The notes beneath the pieces are model-generated. The model searched no databases, was not told the DNA's origin, and worked only from the letters and a program-made list of their open reading frames with translations. A program made the position numbers and the translations under genes. Of a stretch of 64,000 bases of DNA, positions 61,427 to 64,000 are shown one piece after another. Each line of letters begins with the position of its first letter. Within the stretch, counting starts at the first letter, position 1. Source of the DNA: an uncultured Clostridia bacterium (GTDB lineage Bacteria > Bacillota > Clostridia > Christensenellales > Pumilibacteraceae). The DNA is taken from positions 2,531 through 66,530 of the forward strand of contig CAKQVV010000001.1 of assembly GCA_934277845.1 (NCBI GenBank), written 5' to 3'.

Positions 61427-62959
61427 TTACTTCTTCACATTGACTTTTGCGTCGCCGATCATTTTCTTGATGCGCGCGATCTCGCCGTCCATGTCCACGC
61501 CGCCGGATTTTTTATTCACTACGAGCGTGTACGGCGCGCCGTCCTCGCGGAGCGCGCGTTCGAACGAAGCGCGGATATCATCGCCCGACAATCTCATAAA
61601 ACTGTCCGCTTCCGCCCAGAGAATCAGTTTGTCGCCGCGAATTTCTACGTCCGTCACGCGGTTGATGAGCGCGAACACCTGCGCGGACTCGTGATTGCGA
61701 AACCAGGTGAGCAGTCGTCCCCACACGCTTTTCGCGTCCATATCCTTGTTTACGTTTCTATGCGCCGGCGCGCTTTCCCGTGAATCGGCAACCTGCGCGG
61801 GTTGAGCCGCGTGAGCCGCAACCAAGCCTTCTTTCATCGCGCGTTCCAGCCGCGTGAGCCGCTCTTCCAGCGCGGAATAATCCGCGACCGCGAGTTTCGC
61901 CGCTTTCAGCGCGGCACATTCGAGTACTATGCGCGGAGAAACGGAATAACGAAGTTCCGCGTCCACGCCGCTGAAAATCGTGATCACCGACACGAGAAAC
62001 TCCGCCGAATACCCTTCCGCTTCCTTTCTCATTCGTTCCAGTTCGTCCTTTGATCCGAGAACGCCCGCGCTGTCCGAAGTTTTCAGCACAAGAAGGTCGC
62101 GCGCGTAAGAACACAGGTCTTTCGCGATAAGCCCGACGCTCTTGCCGGCGGCGCATGTCTTATCCACCGCAGCCAGAGTACCGGCAACGTCCGACGCCGC
62201 GATCGCGCCGAAAAGTTCGCGAGTACTTTCCTTTCCGCCCGCGCCGAGCACGCCCAGAACGTCCGCGTAGGAGAGATTGTCCGAATAATTCATGCACCTG
62301 TCCGCGATCGACAGCATGTCGCGCACCGAGCCTTCCGCCGCCGTGGCGATAAGGTCGAGCGCATCCTCGTCCGCCTTCACCTTTTCCTCCGCGTAGACCT
62401 TTTTCAGATATTCTTTCAGCGTGGGTTGCGGCACGAGCCGGAAATCGAAACGCATGCACCTCGACATTACCGTCGCGGGAAGTTTATGCACTTCGGTGGT
62501 TGCGAGAATAAATATCGCGTGGGCGGGCGGCTCTTCCAGCGTCTTTAACAGCGCGTTGAACGCCGACGCCGACAGCATGTGCACTTCGTCGATTATGTAC
62601 ACTTTGTACTTGCCCGATACGGGCGGATACTGCACGTTTTCCACTATGTCGCGGATCTGATCGACGCCGTTGTTCGACGCCGCGTCAAGTTCGATAATAT
62701 CGATATTGCCGCTGCCGGCAAGCGATTTACAGACTTCGCATTTGCCGCACGGCGAGCCGTCGACGGGAGCAAGGCAGTTCACAGCCCTCGCAAAAATACG
62801 CGCGCAGGTAGTTTTGCCCGTTCCCCTGCTGCCCGTGAAAAGATAGGCGTGAGTGACGCGTCCGCGTTTGACCTGATTGATAAGCGTGCGCGTGACGTGT
62901 TCCTGCGCTATTACGTCCCCGAAAGTTGCGGGGCGGTATTTTCTGTACAATGCCAACAT
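61427..62959 (-). CDS. dnaX: DNA polymerase III subunit gamma/tau
   Basis: 510 aa. [18 protein letters not shown], Walker [10 protein letters not shown], the zinc module [16 protein letters not shown], and DEVHMLS. Confidence 0.93.
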   Translation of the reverse strand: MLALYRKYRPATFGDVIAQEHVTRTLINQVKRGRVTHAYLFTGSRGTGKTTCARIFARAVNCLAPVDGSPCGKCEVCKSLAGSGNIDIIELDAASNNGVDQIRDIVENVQYPPVSGKYKVYIIDEVHMLSASAFNALLKTLEEPPAHAIFILATTEVHKLPATVMSRCMRFDFRLVPQPTLKEYLKKVYAEEKVKADEDALDLIATAAEGSVRDMLSIADRCMNYSDNLSYADVLGVLGAGGKESTRELFGAIAASDVAGTLAAVDKTCAAGKSVGLIAKDLCSYARDLLVLKTSDSAGVLGSKDELERMRKEAEGYSAEFLVSVITIFSGVDAELRYSVSPRIVLECAALKAAKLAVADYSALEERLTRLERAMKEGLVAAHAAQPAQVADSRESAPAHRNVNKDMDAKSVWGRLLTWFRNHESAQVFALINRVTDVEIRGDKLILWAEADSFMRLSGDDIRASFERALREDGAPYTLVVNKKSGGVDMDGEIARIKKMIGDAKVNVKK

Positions 62960-63005
62960 CTGTGTGTACCCTCGATTTATCGCTCGATGATTATTCGCTC
63001 GTTAC

Positions 63006-63034
63006 AGTATAGCAAACCCGTGAGATTTTGTCAA
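63006..63034 (-). promoter_or_regulatory. Promoter of the dnaX-ybaB-recR operon
   Basis: Minus strand TTGACA (63029-63034), 17 nt, TATACT (63006-63011). Confidence 0.6.
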
Positions 63035-63053
63035 AGATTTGTCGGGTGCGAGT

Positions 63054-63092
63054 AAAAAAGACGCGCGGTCAACGTGATCACGCGTCTTTTCT
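63054..63092 (-). terminator. Intrinsic terminator of the upstream partial gene
   Basis: AAGACGCG-15 nt-CGCGTCTT with U-run on the minus strand. Confidence 0.7.
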
Positions 63093-63105
63093 CTTTATAG
63101 TGGTT

Positions 63106-64000
63106 TTATTTCTTTTTAAGCGCGGCGAACGCGTAACCGAACGCAGGGACGGGCGAAGTAAACGTCAGCGTTTTGCCTTGAATTTCAGCCGCGTTACCTA
63201 TCGTTTCGACGAGTTCGTATTCGCCCGGCAGTCCGATCGTCATATCAAACGCGGGATCGTCGTAAAAATTCACGAACAGACACGACAGCGTGTCGCCGTC
63301 CGCGCGGTAGTACGCCTGCATATCCGCGTACTCGCCGAGGATCTTCGGCAGTTCCGCTCCCAGAAAGCCGTTTATTCCTTCTTTCAGCGTTCTCGACGCG
63401 ACGTAGCCGCGGACGAGGAACGACGACGCGGATATTTTCGTAAAGTTCGCGTTCACATTGTAGAGAAGTATTTTCGCGTTTTTCGTCGTAATCTCGCACG
63501 CGAGCGGGATTTCGCCTGCGGAAGTTTTCATCGTCGTCACGACTTTCACGTTTTCGCCGGGCGTAAAGTCGAGATAATCGACCGTCGATCCTTGCGGCAA
63601 ACGATACTCGTCGCCGAAACCGCGAACCGAACTTGCGGTCGCCGTTTTGAGTTTCGCGCCCGTTGAAATTCCCGTATCTTCACCGTTTTCCAGATATATC
63701 GCGGCGGCGAGCGCATCGATAATCACGCGCGGCTTGCCGTCAAGCGAAAAATGCCGCGCGTTCTCGCCGAAAATCGCGGACACTTCGCTTTCGCCGTCGT
63801 AAATCGTGGGGATACCGGAGCCCGCGAGCAGGCTGCCCGCGCCGCTTATCACGTCGGACGAGAAATAGAATTTCGCGCCGTCGGTACGATCGAACGCAAA
63901 GTCCGTTTCGTCGAACAGATGCGGGTGTTCGAGTACTTTCACGCCGAGGTTCGCGCCGCCGTCGAAATACTTTCCGATGCGGTCGAAATTCGCCTTATTC
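63106..64000 (-). CDS. Protein of unknown function (5' end outside the window)
   Basis: The track ORF starts at a GTG at 63942, but the same frame stays open to position 64000 (..NKANFDRIGKYFDGGANLG-VKVLEHP..), so the gene probably starts beyond the window. No family recognised. Confidence 0.55.
   Translation of the reverse strand, partial: NKANFDRIGKYFDGGANLGVKVLEHPHLFDETDFAFDRTDGAKFYFSSDVISGAGSLLAGSGIPTIYDGESEVSAIFGENARHFSLDGKPRVIIDALAAAIYLENGEDTGISTGAKLKTATASSVRGFGDEYRLPQGSTVDYLDFTPGENVKVVTTMKTSAGEIPLACEITTKNAKILLYNVNANFTKISASSFLVRGYVASRTLKEGINGFLGAELPKILGEYADMQAYYRADGDTLSCLFVNFYDDPAFDMTIGLPGEYELVETIGNAAEIQGKTLTFTSPVPAFGYAFAALKKK

Noticed and set aside
62960-63105. Looked for an SRP RNA (ffs/scRNA) upstream of dnaX, as in the Bacillus scr-dnaX-ybaB-recR arrangement
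   Set aside because: The spacer holds only a promoter (63006-63034) and the upstream gene's terminator. There is no room for, or resemblance to, the conserved SRP domain IV hairpin.

Overview
This 64-kb window looks like ordinary chromosome from a Gram-positive, Clostridia-like (Bacillota) bacterium. Coding DNA is GC-rich and spacers are AT-rich. Genes carry GGAGG-type ribosome-binding sites and TTGACA/TATAAT-type promoters.

About 45 protein genes, 3 tRNAs and no rRNA are supported. No transposase, integrase, phage gene, reverse transcriptase, CRISPR array or recognisable defence or toxin-antitoxin gene was seen.

Coding content:
1. A housekeeping block holds rpsL-rpsG-fusA-tuf, hup, dnaX-ybaB-recR, a RumA-type rRNA methyltransferase, tRNA-Ser(CGA) and a tRNA-Pro(GGG)-tRNA-Gly(CCC) operon.
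2. Several carbohydrate-utilisation loci are each paired with an AraC regulator. They include an enolase-superfamily dehydratase + clan GH-A hydrolase + SDR operon, a GH30, a GH43 with a CBM9-like lipoprotein, and a six-gene operon. That operon encodes an LplABC-type sugar importer plus three large lipoproteins of unknown function.
3. The remainder covers a DUF1538 permease with a tandem P-II-like protein, a 1203-aa BspA-type LRR lipoprotein, a GGDEF protein, a MarR + heterodimeric ABC exporter, an ABC-2 + GntR(YtrA-like) module, L-serine dehydratase, an M18 aminopeptidase, DegV and a two-HTH XRE regulator.

Nine predicted lipoproteins lie in the window.

I could not find a clear-cut novel multi-gene system. 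The least-explained signals are non-coding or of unknown function:
- a 104-bp unit repeated 2.6 times, whose hairpin changes by fully compensatory substitutions;
- a ~165-bp palindromic intergenic element family with conserved arms and variable hairpins (two full copies and one solo arm);
- an AT-rich ~95-bp element placed at the stop codons of two unrelated genes;
- a threefold ~1-kb intragenic duplication with a near-identical patch in an 1133-aa lipoprotein;
- the lipoprotein/ABC operon itself.

All family names come from motif recognition by eye. No database search or folding program was run.
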